The translations under genes and the position numbers were made by a program. From positions 192,001-256,000 of the forward strand of contig OZ223265.1 of the NCBI GenBank assembly GCA_965140585.1: a stretch of 64,000 nucleotides of DNA, written 5' to 3'. The notes below the pieces were generated by a model. The model did not search any database, had not been told where the DNA came from, and saw only the letters and a program-made list of their open reading frames with translations. Below are positions 40,890 to 50,623 of the stretch, in pieces. The stretch comes from Spirochaetia bacterium (lineage in GTDB: Bacteria > Spirochaetota > Spirochaetia > UBA9216). Within the stretch, counting starts at the first letter, position 1. Every line of letters starts with the position of its first letter.

Positions 40890-41843
40890 GTGAAAAAACT
40901 GATAGAAAAATTCAAAAACGGTAAAATTGCGGAAGGAAACCTTATACTGATCCTACTGGCAGTAATTATCCTGCTGGCAATATTTTCACCTACTTTTTTA
41001 ACAACCAATAATATTAAAAACCTGGTTAGACAGACTTCAATAATCGGGATAGTAGCCATAGGCATGACTTTTGTAATTATTTCAGGCGGTATTGACCTTT
41101 CTGTAGGCTCCATACTTGGAGTTTCAAGCATAATAAGCGCAATGATGATGGCAAACGGCACATCGATATTTACTGCAGTCATTGTTTCAATACTTGCCTG
41201 CACGATGCTCGGAATAATTAATGGAGTAATCGTTTTTGACGGTAAAGTACCACCCTTCATAGCCACCCTTGGAATGATGACAGCCGCAAGAGGTATTGTA
41301 ATGCTGATGTCGGGGGCCAGAATGATTGCTGGACTGCCGCGAAGCTTCTCAAGATTCGCACAGCTGAATATAGCGGGGATGCCGTCACTTTTCTTTGTGT
41401 GGCTTCTGGTGATTATAGCAACCTATATAATCACTTCACGCACAGTTACTGGCCGCAATCTTTTTGCATTCGGCTCAAACCCCGAAGCGGCCCGTCTGTC
41501 CGGAATAAACATCAGAATGCTTACATACTTTATCTATGGTATCTCAGGATTCATGTGTTCCATAGCTGGGATACTGATGACCTCGAGGCTGTCAAATGGT
41601 ATACCGACCGCAGGTACCGGCTATGAACTTGATGCCATAGCTGCTGCGGTAGTAGGAGGAGCTTCACTGAACGGAGGATCAGGGACGATTCTGGGAACAG
41701 TTCTCGGTGCCCTGCTTATAGCAATAATTAAAAACGGCGGAAACCTACTCGGAATAAATCCCTTCATTCTCCAGATAGCAGTCGGATTTTTAATTGTAGT
41801 ATCTGTAATGATTGACCAGAAAAGAAAGGCATCAGGAAAATAA
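40890..41843 (+). CDS. sugar ABC transporter permease (RbsC-like)
   Basis: GGIDLSVG, PPFIATLG, GSNPEAARLSGI, YELDAIAA; GTG 40890 after AAGGAG. Confidence 0.95.
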   Translation: MKKLIEKFKNGKIAEGNLILILLAVIILLAIFSPTFLTTNNIKNLVRQTSIIGIVAIGMTFVIISGGIDLSVGSILGVSSIISAMMMANGTSIFTAVIVSILACTMLGIINGVIVFDGKVPPFIATLGMMTAARGIVMLMSGARMIAGLPRSFSRFAQLNIAGMPSLFFVWLLVIIATYIITSRTVTGRNLFAFGSNPEAARLSGINIRMLTYFIYGISGFMCSIAGILMTSRLSNGIPTAGTGYELDAIAAAVVGGASLNGGSGTILGTVLGALLIAIIKNGGNLLGINPFILQIAVGFLIVVSVMIDQKRKASGK

Positions 41844-41861
41844 AACAGGGGAAATATCGAT

Positions 41862-43364
41862 ATGGGCAAATACATACTGGCACATGATCTTGGCACATCC
41901 GGGAATAAGGCAACACTGTTCAACGAAGACGGACAAATGATTAGCAGCTGTACAGTCCCTTATAATACAGAATATTTTAATGGCAATTGGGCAGAACAGA
42001 ATCCTGAAGACTGGTGGCAGGCTGTATGCAGCTCATCCCGCAGAGTACTTGCAGATATTGATTCGACGAAACTTGGCGCTGTTTCATTCAGCGGCCAGAT
42101 GATGGCTTGTATCTGCGTAAATAAAAAAGGCGAGGCAATCAGGAACGCTCTCATCTATTGCGATCAGAGGTCTGAAAAACAGGCAGAAGAGCTAATCTCA
42201 AAGGTAGGCTTCCGCAGAATTTACGATATTACAGGTCATAGACCCAGTTCGTCATACAGCCTCACAAAGCTGCTCTGGATTAAGGAATTCGAACCGGACA
42301 TTTACAATAATACATATAGAATGCTTCAGGCAAAAGACTACATGAATTTCAAGCTTACCGGAAATTATTTCACCGATTTTTGTGATGCAAGCGGAACAAA
42401 TGCCTTTTCCCTGAAAGATCTTACCTGGTCTGCTGAAATAGTTGAAGCTTCCGGCATCAGGCATGAACTGCTTCCGGAAACAGTAGCCTCAACTACAATC
42501 ATTGGTGAAGTTACCAAAGAAGCCTTTGAAGCTACAGGGATTCCAGCAGGAACCCCTGTTACAGCAGGGGCCGGGGACGGAGGATGCGCAACTCTTGGTG
42601 CCGGATCTTATGAGCCGGGAATGGCATACTGCTACATGGGTTCATCATCATGGGTTTCAGTTACATCGAATGCCCCTCTAGGCGATGATGAAATGAAAAC
42701 ATTCACCTGGGCTCATCCGATAGAAGGACTTTATCAGCCATGTGGTACAATGCAGACTGCAGGGAGTTCAATCAGCTGGTACAGCGAGCTTATGAATGGC
42801 AGCATTTCAGGGGAAGTTCTTGAAGAAATGAACAGTCTGGCTTTAGACGGCCCGGCAGGTTCCGGCGGAGTTTTCTATCTGCCCTACCTTCTCGGCGAAC
42901 GTTCTCCATGGTGGGATCCTAACGCAAAGGGCGGTTTTATCGGGCTGAATCTGAATACGGAGCGTAAACACATGGCCAGATCCGTATTTGAAGGAATTGC
43001 CATGAATCTGAATGAATCTCTTAAGATTATGAAGGAAAGTTCAGGATTCGACAGCATAAGCTTTATCGGCGGTGGTGCAAACGGAAGGGCTCTGAGACAG
43101 ATTTTTTCAGACACCTTCGGTGTTCAGATCAACATCCCCAAGCTGTTGTCAGAAGCAACAAGCATGGGTGCCGCATTGCTTGGAGGTGTTGGAACCGGAA
43201 TCTACAAGGATTTCAGTATCGTCGAAAAAATGAATCCATATGTTGAGACAATTGAACCTGATATGAAAAAATATGATTTTTACAAGGATCATAGTAAAAT
43301 ATTCAACAAATTATATAAGAACCTTAAGAGTTCTTTCAGTGACATTGCGAAGGCAGGATATTGA
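41862..43364 (+). CDS. FGGY carbohydrate kinase (xylulokinase-like)
   Basis: HDLGTS, SGQM, DQR, GAGDG, PYLLGERSP, IGGGA, EATSMGAA. Confidence 0.93.
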   Translation: MGKYILAHDLGTSGNKATLFNEDGQMISSCTVPYNTEYFNGNWAEQNPEDWWQAVCSSSRRVLADIDSTKLGAVSFSGQMMACICVNKKGEAIRNALIYCDQRSEKQAEELISKVGFRRIYDITGHRPSSSYSLTKLLWIKEFEPDIYNNTYRMLQAKDYMNFKLTGNYFTDFCDASGTNAFSLKDLTWSAEIVEASGIRHELLPETVASTTIIGEVTKEAFEATGIPAGTPVTAGAGDGGCATLGAGSYEPGMAYCYMGSSSWVSVTSNAPLGDDEMKTFTWAHPIEGLYQPCGTMQTAGSSISWYSELMNGSISGEVLEEMNSLALDGPAGSGGVFYLPYLLGERSPWWDPNAKGGFIGLNLNTERKHMARSVFEGIAMNLNESLKIMKESSGFDSISFIGGGANGRALRQIFSDTFGVQINIPKLLSEATSMGAALLGGVGTGIYKDFSIVEKMNPYVETIEPDMKKYDFYKDHSKIFNKLYKNLKSSFSDIAKAGY

Positions 43365-44899
43365 GTATGAAATCAGATCTGATTCTTTCCCACAACCTGG
43401 GAACCACCGGAAACCTGGCGGTATTGTATGACAGCAATGGAACAATACTGAAATCATGGTTTTCGGGTTATCAGACTGAATACAGACATGGTAACAAGGT
43501 AGAACAGGACGCGAATGACTGGTGGAATGCGGTCTGTGAATCGACTCTCGGAGTTCTGCGAGGAATAAATGAAAGGTCGATAAATTCCGTTTGTTTCAGC
43601 GGTCAGATGATGGGCTGCCTTTGCATTGACAAGGACGGATATCCGCTGGCCAACTCAATAATATGGGCTGACATGAGGGCCGAAAAAGAAGCAGCAAAAC
43701 TTAACGATGATATTGACGAAACAAAATTCTACCATATCACCGGACACAGAATAAGCCCCTCCTACTCTCTCGCAAAACTCATGTGGATTAAGAGGAATAA
43801 TCCGGAAATATACAAAAGAACCTCAAAAGTTATTCAGGCAAAAGACTACATTGTTTATAAACTTACCGGAAAGATATTAACTGACTACTCTGATGCATCC
43901 GGTACGAATATGTTCGATCTCGGCAACTTTGAGTGGTCAGATACAATCCTTTCAATCGCAGGAATAAACAGGGAACTTCTTCCCGAAGCTGTTGCATCTA
44001 CAACTGTAGCCGGTGAAGTTACAATTGAAGCTGCTGCAGAAACCGGACTGCTCCCCGGAACGCCAGTGGTAATAGGGGCCGGAGACGGACTATGCTCAAA
44101 CATAAGCTCCGGATGTACTGAAGCGGATGAAGCATTCATGTATTTTGGATCATCTGCCTGGATAGGACTGACAAAAGATGAACCGTATTACGACAGCGAA
44201 TTAAGAACTTTTAACTGGGCTCATGTTCAAAAGGGAAAAAGCATGCCATGCGGGACAATGCAGGCTGCAGGAAATACTGTTAACTGGCTGAACAAGGAAA
44301 TTGCTCGAATAGAAAGTATTCAGGCCGAAAGGCAGCAAGTTCACATCAATAATCTGATCGACCAGGAAATTCAAAACTCAAATCCTGGTGCAAACGGTAT
44401 GCTCTTCCTGCCTTATCTAAGCGGAGAACGAAGCCCGCACTGGAATCCGGATGCCGCCGGTGTTATTCTTGGGCTTAAAATGGATCACACAAGAAGTGAC
44501 TTTTTCAGAGCATCAATCGAGGGAATTGCATTGAATCTCAAATTGATCTGGGATTCCCTTGGAGAGCAGATCTCATGCAGGGAACTTGTACTTGTTGGAG
44601 GCCTTTCATTGAGTCCTGTAAAAAAACAGATTCTTTCTGACGTCCTGGATGTGATTGTTGTCAACAACAATCACTCCCGTGATTCCAAACCATTCGGGGC
44701 TGCTGTAATTGGAGGCCTTGGTACTGGAATATTTTACAACCTTCAAGATGCCGGGCGTATTATAAAAAAAATTGATCCTGTACACCCTGATCCTGCCAGA
44801 GTTGCTCTATATAAAAAATTACTGCCGGTATTCAAGGAAGGTTATGAAAATCTCAAACCTACTTTCAAAAATCTTAGTTATCTGGACGGAGGAAAATAA
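43361..44899 (+). CDS. second FGGY kinase paralogue with degenerate ATP motifs (possible pseudokinase)
   Basis: Clearly paralogous to the upstream kinase, but HNLGTT, VGGLS and DSKPFGAA replace the conserved motifs. Confidence 0.85.
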   Translation: MSMKSDLILSHNLGTTGNLAVLYDSNGTILKSWFSGYQTEYRHGNKVEQDANDWWNAVCESTLGVLRGINERSINSVCFSGQMMGCLCIDKDGYPLANSIIWADMRAEKEAAKLNDDIDETKFYHITGHRISPSYSLAKLMWIKRNNPEIYKRTSKVIQAKDYIVYKLTGKILTDYSDASGTNMFDLGNFEWSDTILSIAGINRELLPEAVASTTVAGEVTIEAAAETGLLPGTPVVIGAGDGLCSNISSGCTEADEAFMYFGSSAWIGLTKDEPYYDSELRTFNWAHVQKGKSMPCGTMQAAGNTVNWLNKEIARIESIQAERQQVHINNLIDQEIQNSNPGANGMLFLPYLSGERSPHWNPDAAGVILGLKMDHTRSDFFRASIEGIALNLKLIWDSLGEQISCRELVLVGGLSLSPVKKQILSDVLDVIVVNNNHSRDSKPFGAAVIGGLGTGIFYNLQDAGRIIKKIDPVHPDPARVALYKKLLPVFKEGYENLKPTFKNLSYLDGGK

Positions 44900-45289
44900 A
44901 TGGAAAAATTAATACAGCATCTGTTTTCAATAGGAGCAGAAGATTATTTTCGAAAAATGAATCTTTCAGTAGATGAATTATTTTCAAACAGTCTTATAAA
45001 ATCAAACCCCTATTCTGAACACAACTGGGAAATCAGAGAAAATGATCAATTTACTATTGTAAACGCGGTTCCTGACATACAACTTCAGGACAGATTATTC
45101 TGGGAGGAATGGTACATTTTCAACACTGTAGAGATCCATCATCACATACTCTCACTATGGAAGCCCAAATCCTACGACGAAATATTTGAATGTCCAAAAT
45201 CCGATGAAATACATCCGGCTCTGACTTTTGGAAAACGCTGGTATGTTATTGATGATCCGGATATGACTCCCTGGCTGCTCAGGAGGTAA
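44900..45289 (+). CDS. hypothetical protein (129 aa, Trp/His-rich)
   Basis: Starts right after the upstream stop (TAA-ATG) with GGAGG SD; fills the operon gap exactly. Confidence 0.75.
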   Translation: MEKLIQHLFSIGAEDYFRKMNLSVDELFSNSLIKSNPYSEHNWEIRENDQFTIVNAVPDIQLQDRLFWEEWYIFNTVEIHHHILSLWKPKSYDEIFECPKSDEIHPALTFGKRWYVIDDPDMTPWLLRR

Positions 45290-45292
45290 AAA

Positions 45293-46294
45293 ATGAAATA
45301 CGGCTATTTCGGCTCAACCGGTCTCAGGATGAGCAGGATTGCATTCGGAGTTCAAACTTTCGGATGGAGTGTTGAGGATAAAGATGCTTTTAATATGCTC
45401 GACTACTATCATGACCAGGGCGGCAACTACATTGATATTGCCGATTCATACAATAATGGGAGGGCAGAGGAAATTACCGGTAGTTGGTTAAAAAACAATC
45501 CGAGTCGTGAAGACATCATCGTCGGAACAAAGGTTTTTTTTCCAACCGGATCCGGTGAAAACCAGAGAGGACTGAGCCGTAAACATATCATACAGTCAGT
45601 TGAAACAAGCCTAAAACGTCTGAACACTGATTACATCGATTTATACCAGCTCCACTGCTTTGACAGGATGACTCCGATAGAAGAAATCACAAATACTATG
45701 AACATCCTGATAAATACAGGTAAGATTAGGCATTACGGTCTGTCAAATTATACAGCATCAGCAATAACAGAGAACATCTACACGGCATCAGATGCGGGGT
45801 TGATTAAACCGTCTTCGGTTCAGCTTGAATACAGCCTGCTGGTACGCAGCAGTGAATGGGAACTGATTCCTGTTTGCAGCAGATACCACCTGGGAATTCT
45901 TGCATGGTCCCCTCTCTCAGGCGGATGGCTAACCGGAAAATACCGTAGAAACAAAAATCTGCCGGAGGACAGCCGGGCAGGAATCGGCGATCGCTGGGAT
46001 GATAATGAAGAACAGCGCGGGGGCAGCAAGACCTTTGATATCATTGAGAAACTGATAAACATCTCCGCTGAGCTGCAATGTACCCCCTCCCAGCTCAGCC
46101 TGGCATGGATGCTGAACAGGAAGGAAGAAGTGTTCCCATTGATTGGAGCGAGAACTACCGAGCAGCTCTGCGGCAATCTGAAGGCTGTTGATATTGAACT
46201 CACAGATGGACATATAGCAGAACTTAACAGTATTTCAGCTGTTGATGCTCCTTATCCATACAATTTTATAAGCAGGTACACACGGCATGAATAA
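45293..46294 (+). CDS. aldo/keto reductase
   Basis: DIADSY, GTK, SLKRLNTDYIDLYQLH, WSPLSGG. Confidence 0.93.
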   Translation: MKYGYFGSTGLRMSRIAFGVQTFGWSVEDKDAFNMLDYYHDQGGNYIDIADSYNNGRAEEITGSWLKNNPSREDIIVGTKVFFPTGSGENQRGLSRKHIIQSVETSLKRLNTDYIDLYQLHCFDRMTPIEEITNTMNILINTGKIRHYGLSNYTASAITENIYTASDAGLIKPSSVQLEYSLLVRSSEWELIPVCSRYHLGILAWSPLSGGWLTGKYRRNKNLPEDSRAGIGDRWDDNEEQRGGSKTFDIIEKLINISAELQCTPSQLSLAWMLNRKEEVFPLIGARTTEQLCGNLKAVDIELTDGHIAELNSISAVDAPYPYNFISRYTRHE

Positions 46295-47219
46295 AAATGG
46301 AAAAATTACAGTCTTGGGAAGTTTTGTTGTTGATTTAATGGGAAGAGCTAACCACCTACCGCTTCCCGGAGAAACAGTGCTTGGAAGCACATTTAAGATG
46401 GGCCCCGGCGGAAAGGGTTCAAACCAGGCGTCAGCAGCTCACCGGGCTGGGGGAAGTACAGCCTTCATCACCAAGCTTGGAACAGACCTTTTCAGCAATG
46501 TAGCTAAAGATTTCTACCGGGAAGAGAAAATGGTAACAGATTATCTTCTTACTGACGAAGTTCTCCCAACAGGAACGGCACTGATACTGGTCGATGAAGA
46601 AACATCCCAGAACAGTATAATTGTAATACCTGGTGCCTGTATGAACATCACCAAAACGGATCTTGAAACAGTCTCCCCCGCACTTGTCGAAGCGTCAATC
46701 CTTCTCTGCCAGCTTGAAACCAATCTTGATATCCTGAAGCCGGCAGTCGAGACTTTTAGAAACGGCGAGACACCCTGTAAAACTGCAATACTGAATCCGG
46801 CTCCCGCCCGGGAACTTCCTGCAGATCTGATTTCACTTTTTGATATTGTTACTCCAAATGAAGTAGAGGCATCTATTCTTACCGGAGTTGAGGTCACAGA
46901 CTTCAAAACAGCAGAAAACGCTGCAGATGTATTTCTGAAAATGGGCATTCAAACTGCAGTGATAACTATGGGCAGCCGAGGCCTTCTGATAAAAAACGAG
47001 GATGTTGAAATTATACCACCGTTCGAAGTGAATGCTTTGGATACAACAGGCGCTGGTGATGCATTCAACGGCGGTTTTGCAGCTGCTCTATCATGGGGAT
47101 GGCCCATTTCTGATGCAGCACGTTTCGGCGCCGCTACTGCCGCATTATCTGTAACAAAGATAGGGACAGCCCCGGCAATGCCTTACAAGGCGGAGATAGA
47201 AGAACTTCTTGCAAAATAA
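46287..47219 (+). CDS. rbsK: ribokinase (PfkB family)
   Basis: PGETV, GGKGSNQA, QLE, NPAP, PNEVEA, DTTGAGDAF; exact pentose specificity uncertain. Confidence 0.88.
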   Translation: MNKNGKITVLGSFVVDLMGRANHLPLPGETVLGSTFKMGPGGKGSNQASAAHRAGGSTAFITKLGTDLFSNVAKDFYREEKMVTDYLLTDEVLPTGTALILVDEETSQNSIIVIPGACMNITKTDLETVSPALVEASILLCQLETNLDILKPAVETFRNGETPCKTAILNPAPARELPADLISLFDIVTPNEVEASILTGVEVTDFKTAENAADVFLKMGIQTAVITMGSRGLLIKNEDVEIIPPFEVNALDTTGAGDAFNGGFAAALSWGWPISDAARFGAATAALSVTKIGTAPAMPYKAEIEELLAK

Positions 47220-47221
47220 AA

Positions 47222-48022
47222 CTATTCAGTTTCGGAGGCGACCAGGGTATTTATTTCCAGACTCTCATAGAGATTTCTTATATCTTCAGAGATTGTATCC
47301 GTTATGAGCAGATCAATCTGTTCAGGTGTTGCGAAATTAATAAATGAATCGGTTTCAATCTTGGTACTATCACAGAGAAGAATAACCTTGGAAGATATTC
47401 CGATCATTTGACGCTTTATTTCAGACTGACCGATATCAGGAGTACTTGCCCCCTTTCTTGCCGAGAACGAATTGGCTCCTAAAAAGGCCTTATCAACAGA
47501 GATCTTTCTCAGGTCGGTAAAAACATCATTGTTTACCGTACAATGAAAACCTTTTCTCAGCAGTCCGCCGACCATATAAACATCACAGCCCGGTGCCTCT
47601 TCCAACTCTGCCGCAACCTTGATATCATTTGTTACAACAGAAATATTATTTTTATATTTAAGAAGGATAGCCAGTTCCTTAATTGTTGTACCGGTATCAA
47701 GTATTATAGTATCACCGTCATCAATTTCCTCAAGAGCAGCCCGGGCAATCATCCTTTTGGCGTTCAAGTTTTTATCAGCCCTGAAGTCCATAACCGGTTC
47801 ATAACCTGTACGACTCCGTCTGATTGCACCACCGTGAGTTCTAGTAATCTGACCGGATTTACCAAGCTCTCTGAGGTCGTTACGCATGGTAGCCCCTGAA
47901 ACGGAAAAAAATTCACAGAGTTCAGGAACTGTTACTCTACGTTTTTCATTAATATAATCAACAATCCGCTTCTTCCGCTCTTCTGCAAAAAGAGTTTTAT
48001 CTGCTGTGTTCATGTCTGTCAT
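47222..48022 (-). CDS. DeoR/GlpR-family transcriptional regulator
   Basis: VSGATMRNDL..RTHGGA HTH; LDTGTT sensor domain. Confidence 0.95.
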   Translation of the reverse strand: MTDMNTADKTLFAEERKKRIVDYINEKRRVTVPELCEFFSVSGATMRNDLRELGKSGQITRTHGGAIRRSRTGYEPVMDFRADKNLNAKRMIARAALEEIDDGDTIILDTGTTIKELAILLKYKNNISVVTNDIKVAAELEEAPGCDVYMVGGLLRKGFHCTVNNDVFTDLRKISVDKAFLGANSFSARKGASTPDIGQSEIKRQMIGISSKVILLCDSTKIETDSFINFATPEQIDLLITDTISEDIRNLYESLEINTLVASETE

Positions 48023-48024
48023 AA

Positions 48025-48879
48025 TTACAACCTGCCTAAAGAATACCTGATTCCGGTTTCAGCAGGATTTATCCTGCCGCCAAGACCACTTTCACTGACC
48101 ACTGATTCGATTGACTCTCTTGAAACCGTATTAAATTCAAACATTCCGAAATGATGAGGAACAGCATACTTTATATCATGTTTCCTCACTATCCGGCAAA
48201 CCTCACTGATGTTAAAATTGCCCAGGATACCCTTTGAACTAAGTTCTTCACGACGTCCGTTCACCGGCATTAGGGCAAGGTCTATCTCATAGGGCTCAAG
48301 CCAATTGTCCAGTTCCGGATAAGGAATGCAATCACCTGAATGATAAATTGTATACGGGCCGAACTCAAGAATAAATCCAAGAAAAAAATAATTACCACTG
48401 CTGTCTCGATCAAGAGTTTCATGAGCAGCCGGAATCGCATGAATAAACAGGCTGGATCCGGCTTCAAATTTTCTACCGGCATCTATAGCTGTAATTTTCC
48501 CTTCGGGAACGCCCCTCTGGGCGGCAATTTCTCTGACAGCTTCAGGGACAACAAACCTGCATGAAGGGCTCAGACTGCTTAGAACAGGTATTAATCCCGG
48601 ATCCATGTGATCAGAATGTGAATGAGAGCAAAGGCAATAATCAATATCAGTAAGTTCATACATGGAAATTGGAGGAGGCATCATTCTCTCATGGGGAAAT
48701 TCAGTCCCCTTGTACTTAACCGAAAGAAAATCTGAGAGGTAAGGATCTATTAAAAATTTAAGGTTTCCGATACAGATAAGAAACCCTGCCTGCCCCAGCC
48801 ACCAGAAATTCAAATCATCGTTAACCGTCTTCCGGTAGAATGAAATATCCTGTTTTACTTGTTTTAGGGTCTTGTTCAT
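48025..48879 (-). CDS. MBL-fold metallohydrolase (UlaG-like lactonase)
   Basis: WWLGQAGF, IDPYLS, SHSHSDHMD, YHSGD, PVNG, PHHF. Confidence 0.88.
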   Translation of the reverse strand: MNKTLKQVKQDISFYRKTVNDDLNFWWLGQAGFLICIGNLKFLIDPYLSDFLSVKYKGTEFPHERMMPPPISMYELTDIDYCLCSHSHSDHMDPGLIPVLSSLSPSCRFVVPEAVREIAAQRGVPEGKITAIDAGRKFEAGSSLFIHAIPAAHETLDRDSSGNYFFLGFILEFGPYTIYHSGDCIPYPELDNWLEPYEIDLALMPVNGRREELSSKGILGNFNISEVCRIVRKHDIKYAVPHHFGMFEFNTVSRESIESVVSESGLGGRINPAETGIRYSLGRL

Positions 48880-48886
48880 ACACAGT

Positions 48887-49507
48887 CTATTTTATCATAT
48901 TTTTAGCTGCTGCGCTGAGTTCTGAAATCTTTTCAAATTGTCCGGCTTTGATATAGTCCGGTTTCACCATCCAGCTTCCGCCACAGGCGCACACATTTGA
49001 AAGCGCCAGATAGTCAGTAAAATTTTCTTCATTCAATCCGCCTGTCGGCATAAACTCAGCACTGTATACACTGGCAAATGTTTTCAGCATCGGTATTCCA
49101 CCTGAAAGAGCTGCAGGAAAGAATTTCAAAACCTTCAGACCTGCATGCATAGCCACCTCAATCTGGGAGGGGTTTGTAACACCAGGAATTACGGGAATTC
49201 CCTTTCTTATACAGGCTTCTACAATTGCCGGATTATAGCCGGGTGCAACAATAAATTCCGCACCTGCCTCTACCGCAGCATCAAGCTGCTCAAGAGTCAG
49301 TACTGTTCCCGCTCCGAGCAGAAGTTCAGGCATGTTATTTTTTATACTCCTGATTGAGGCTGCAGCGGCATCTGTCCTGAATGTAATTTCAGCAATATTA
49401 ATTCCGCCAGCTGAAAGAGCCCGAGCAAGCGGCAGTGCGTCGGACGGATTTTCAAGTTTAATTACTGGTACAAGTTTTTCTTCCTTCAATCGGTTAAAAA
49501 TATCCAA
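48887..49507 (-). CDS. eda: KDPG/KHG aldolase
   Basis: EITFRT, GAGTVL, KFFPA (Schiff-base Lys), PTGG, GGSW; TTG start with AGGAG SD. Confidence 0.95.
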   Translation of the reverse strand: MDIFNRLKEEKLVPVIKLENPSDALPLARALSAGGINIAEITFRTDAAAASIRSIKNNMPELLLGAGTVLTLEQLDAAVEAGAEFIVAPGYNPAIVEACIRKGIPVIPGVTNPSQIEVAMHAGLKVLKFFPAALSGGIPMLKTFASVYSAEFMPTGGLNEENFTDYLALSNVCACGGSWMVKPDYIKAGQFEKISELSAAAKNMIK

Positions 49508-49540
49508 GTTTAACTCCTGTCATATAATTTTATATAAAAC

Positions 49541-49639
49541 ACGATATGTAATTTGTTATCATTTGTCAAGCTTTGTTTATCATTTAATATTGACATCTAA
49601 CAAACTGCAGGCTAATATAACAACATATCATTATCATTT
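49541..49639. promoter_or_regulatory. divergent sigma70 promoters with repeated TTATCATTT operator
   Basis: Minus TTGACA(49564-49569)-N17-TATCGT; plus TTGACA(49590-49595)-N17-TAATAT; TTATCATTT at 49556, 49577 and 49631. Confidence 0.75.
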
Positions 49640-49669
49640 GTTGTTATTTAACAATTTCAGGAGAATTGA

Positions 49670-50620
49670 ATGAACAGATATATACCTGCTGAAGAAAGAA
49701 CAATGTATTTTATCGGTGTCACGACCGGAAAATCATCAATTATGAAAGTCTTTCCCAGATGGGCGGAACATCTTGGATTGAATGCTGTCATAAAAGGCTT
49801 CGATTTCACGCCTCACTCAAGTCCGGCTCTTTACAGGGAAGCAGTTGAATTCATTAAACATGATAAATTATCTCTGGGCGCGCTGGTAACAACACACAAG
49901 CTTGATCTGATGAAGGCCTGTGGAGATCTTTTTGAAGGCAAAGGAGAATACACCCGTCTCATTGATGAAGCCAGCTCAATTTCAAAACGCGGTACTGAAT
50001 TATGGGCACATGCAAAAGACCCTATAACCAGCGGTCTTTCCCTTGAAGCTATTGCATCAGATGAATACTGGAAAAATACAGGAGTAGAACTGATGCTTAT
50101 TGGAGCAGGAGGCTCTTCACTTGCTTTGAGTCTGTATTTGATAAATAAGCTTAAATCCGGCGGAAGGCTGCCGAAAAAAATTATTATTACCAACCGTTCA
50201 GAAACAAGATTGAACGAAATGAAGCAGATTCATAAAAAACTGAATACCGAAGCACCCTTTGAATATCATCTCTGCCCTTCCGCATCGGACAATGACAAAA
50301 TTGTTTCACAGTTGAGTCAGGGGGCATTGATAGCCAATGCAACTGGTCTGGGGAAGGATATGCCAGGGTCTCCTCTGACTGATAAAGTTGTATTTCCCGA
50401 GAACGGTATTATATGGGATTTCAACTACAGAGGAGAACTCATATTCCTGGAGCAGGCTTCAAAACAGCAGAAAAGTAAGAACTTAAGAATAGAGGATGGA
50501 TGGTTCTACTTCATTCATGGATGGACAAGGGTAATAGCAGAAGTCTTTCATATTGATATACCGACAAGCGGACCTGAATTTGAAAAACTTTCAGAAATAG
50601 CCGCATCTACAAGGAGTTAA
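49670..50620 (+). CDS. shikimate dehydrogenase-like NAD(P)-dependent oxidoreductase
   Basis: LVTTHK (Lys), AKDP (Asp), GAGG, TNRS, NATGLG, WDFNY, EDGW; N-terminus unlike AroE. Confidence 0.8.
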   Translation: MNRYIPAEERTMYFIGVTTGKSSIMKVFPRWAEHLGLNAVIKGFDFTPHSSPALYREAVEFIKHDKLSLGALVTTHKLDLMKACGDLFEGKGEYTRLIDEASSISKRGTELWAHAKDPITSGLSLEAIASDEYWKNTGVELMLIGAGGSSLALSLYLINKLKSGGRLPKKIIITNRSETRLNEMKQIHKKLNTEAPFEYHLCPSASDNDKIVSQLSQGALIANATGLGKDMPGSPLTDKVVFPENGIIWDFNYRGELIFLEQASKQQKSKNLRIEDGWFYFIHGWTRVIAEVFHIDIPTSGPEFEKLSEIAASTRS

Positions 50621-50623
50621 ATA

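Noticed and set aside
49670-50620. aroE in aromatic amino-acid biosynthesis
   Set aside because: The N-terminal substrate motif differs from AroE and the context is sugar catabolism.
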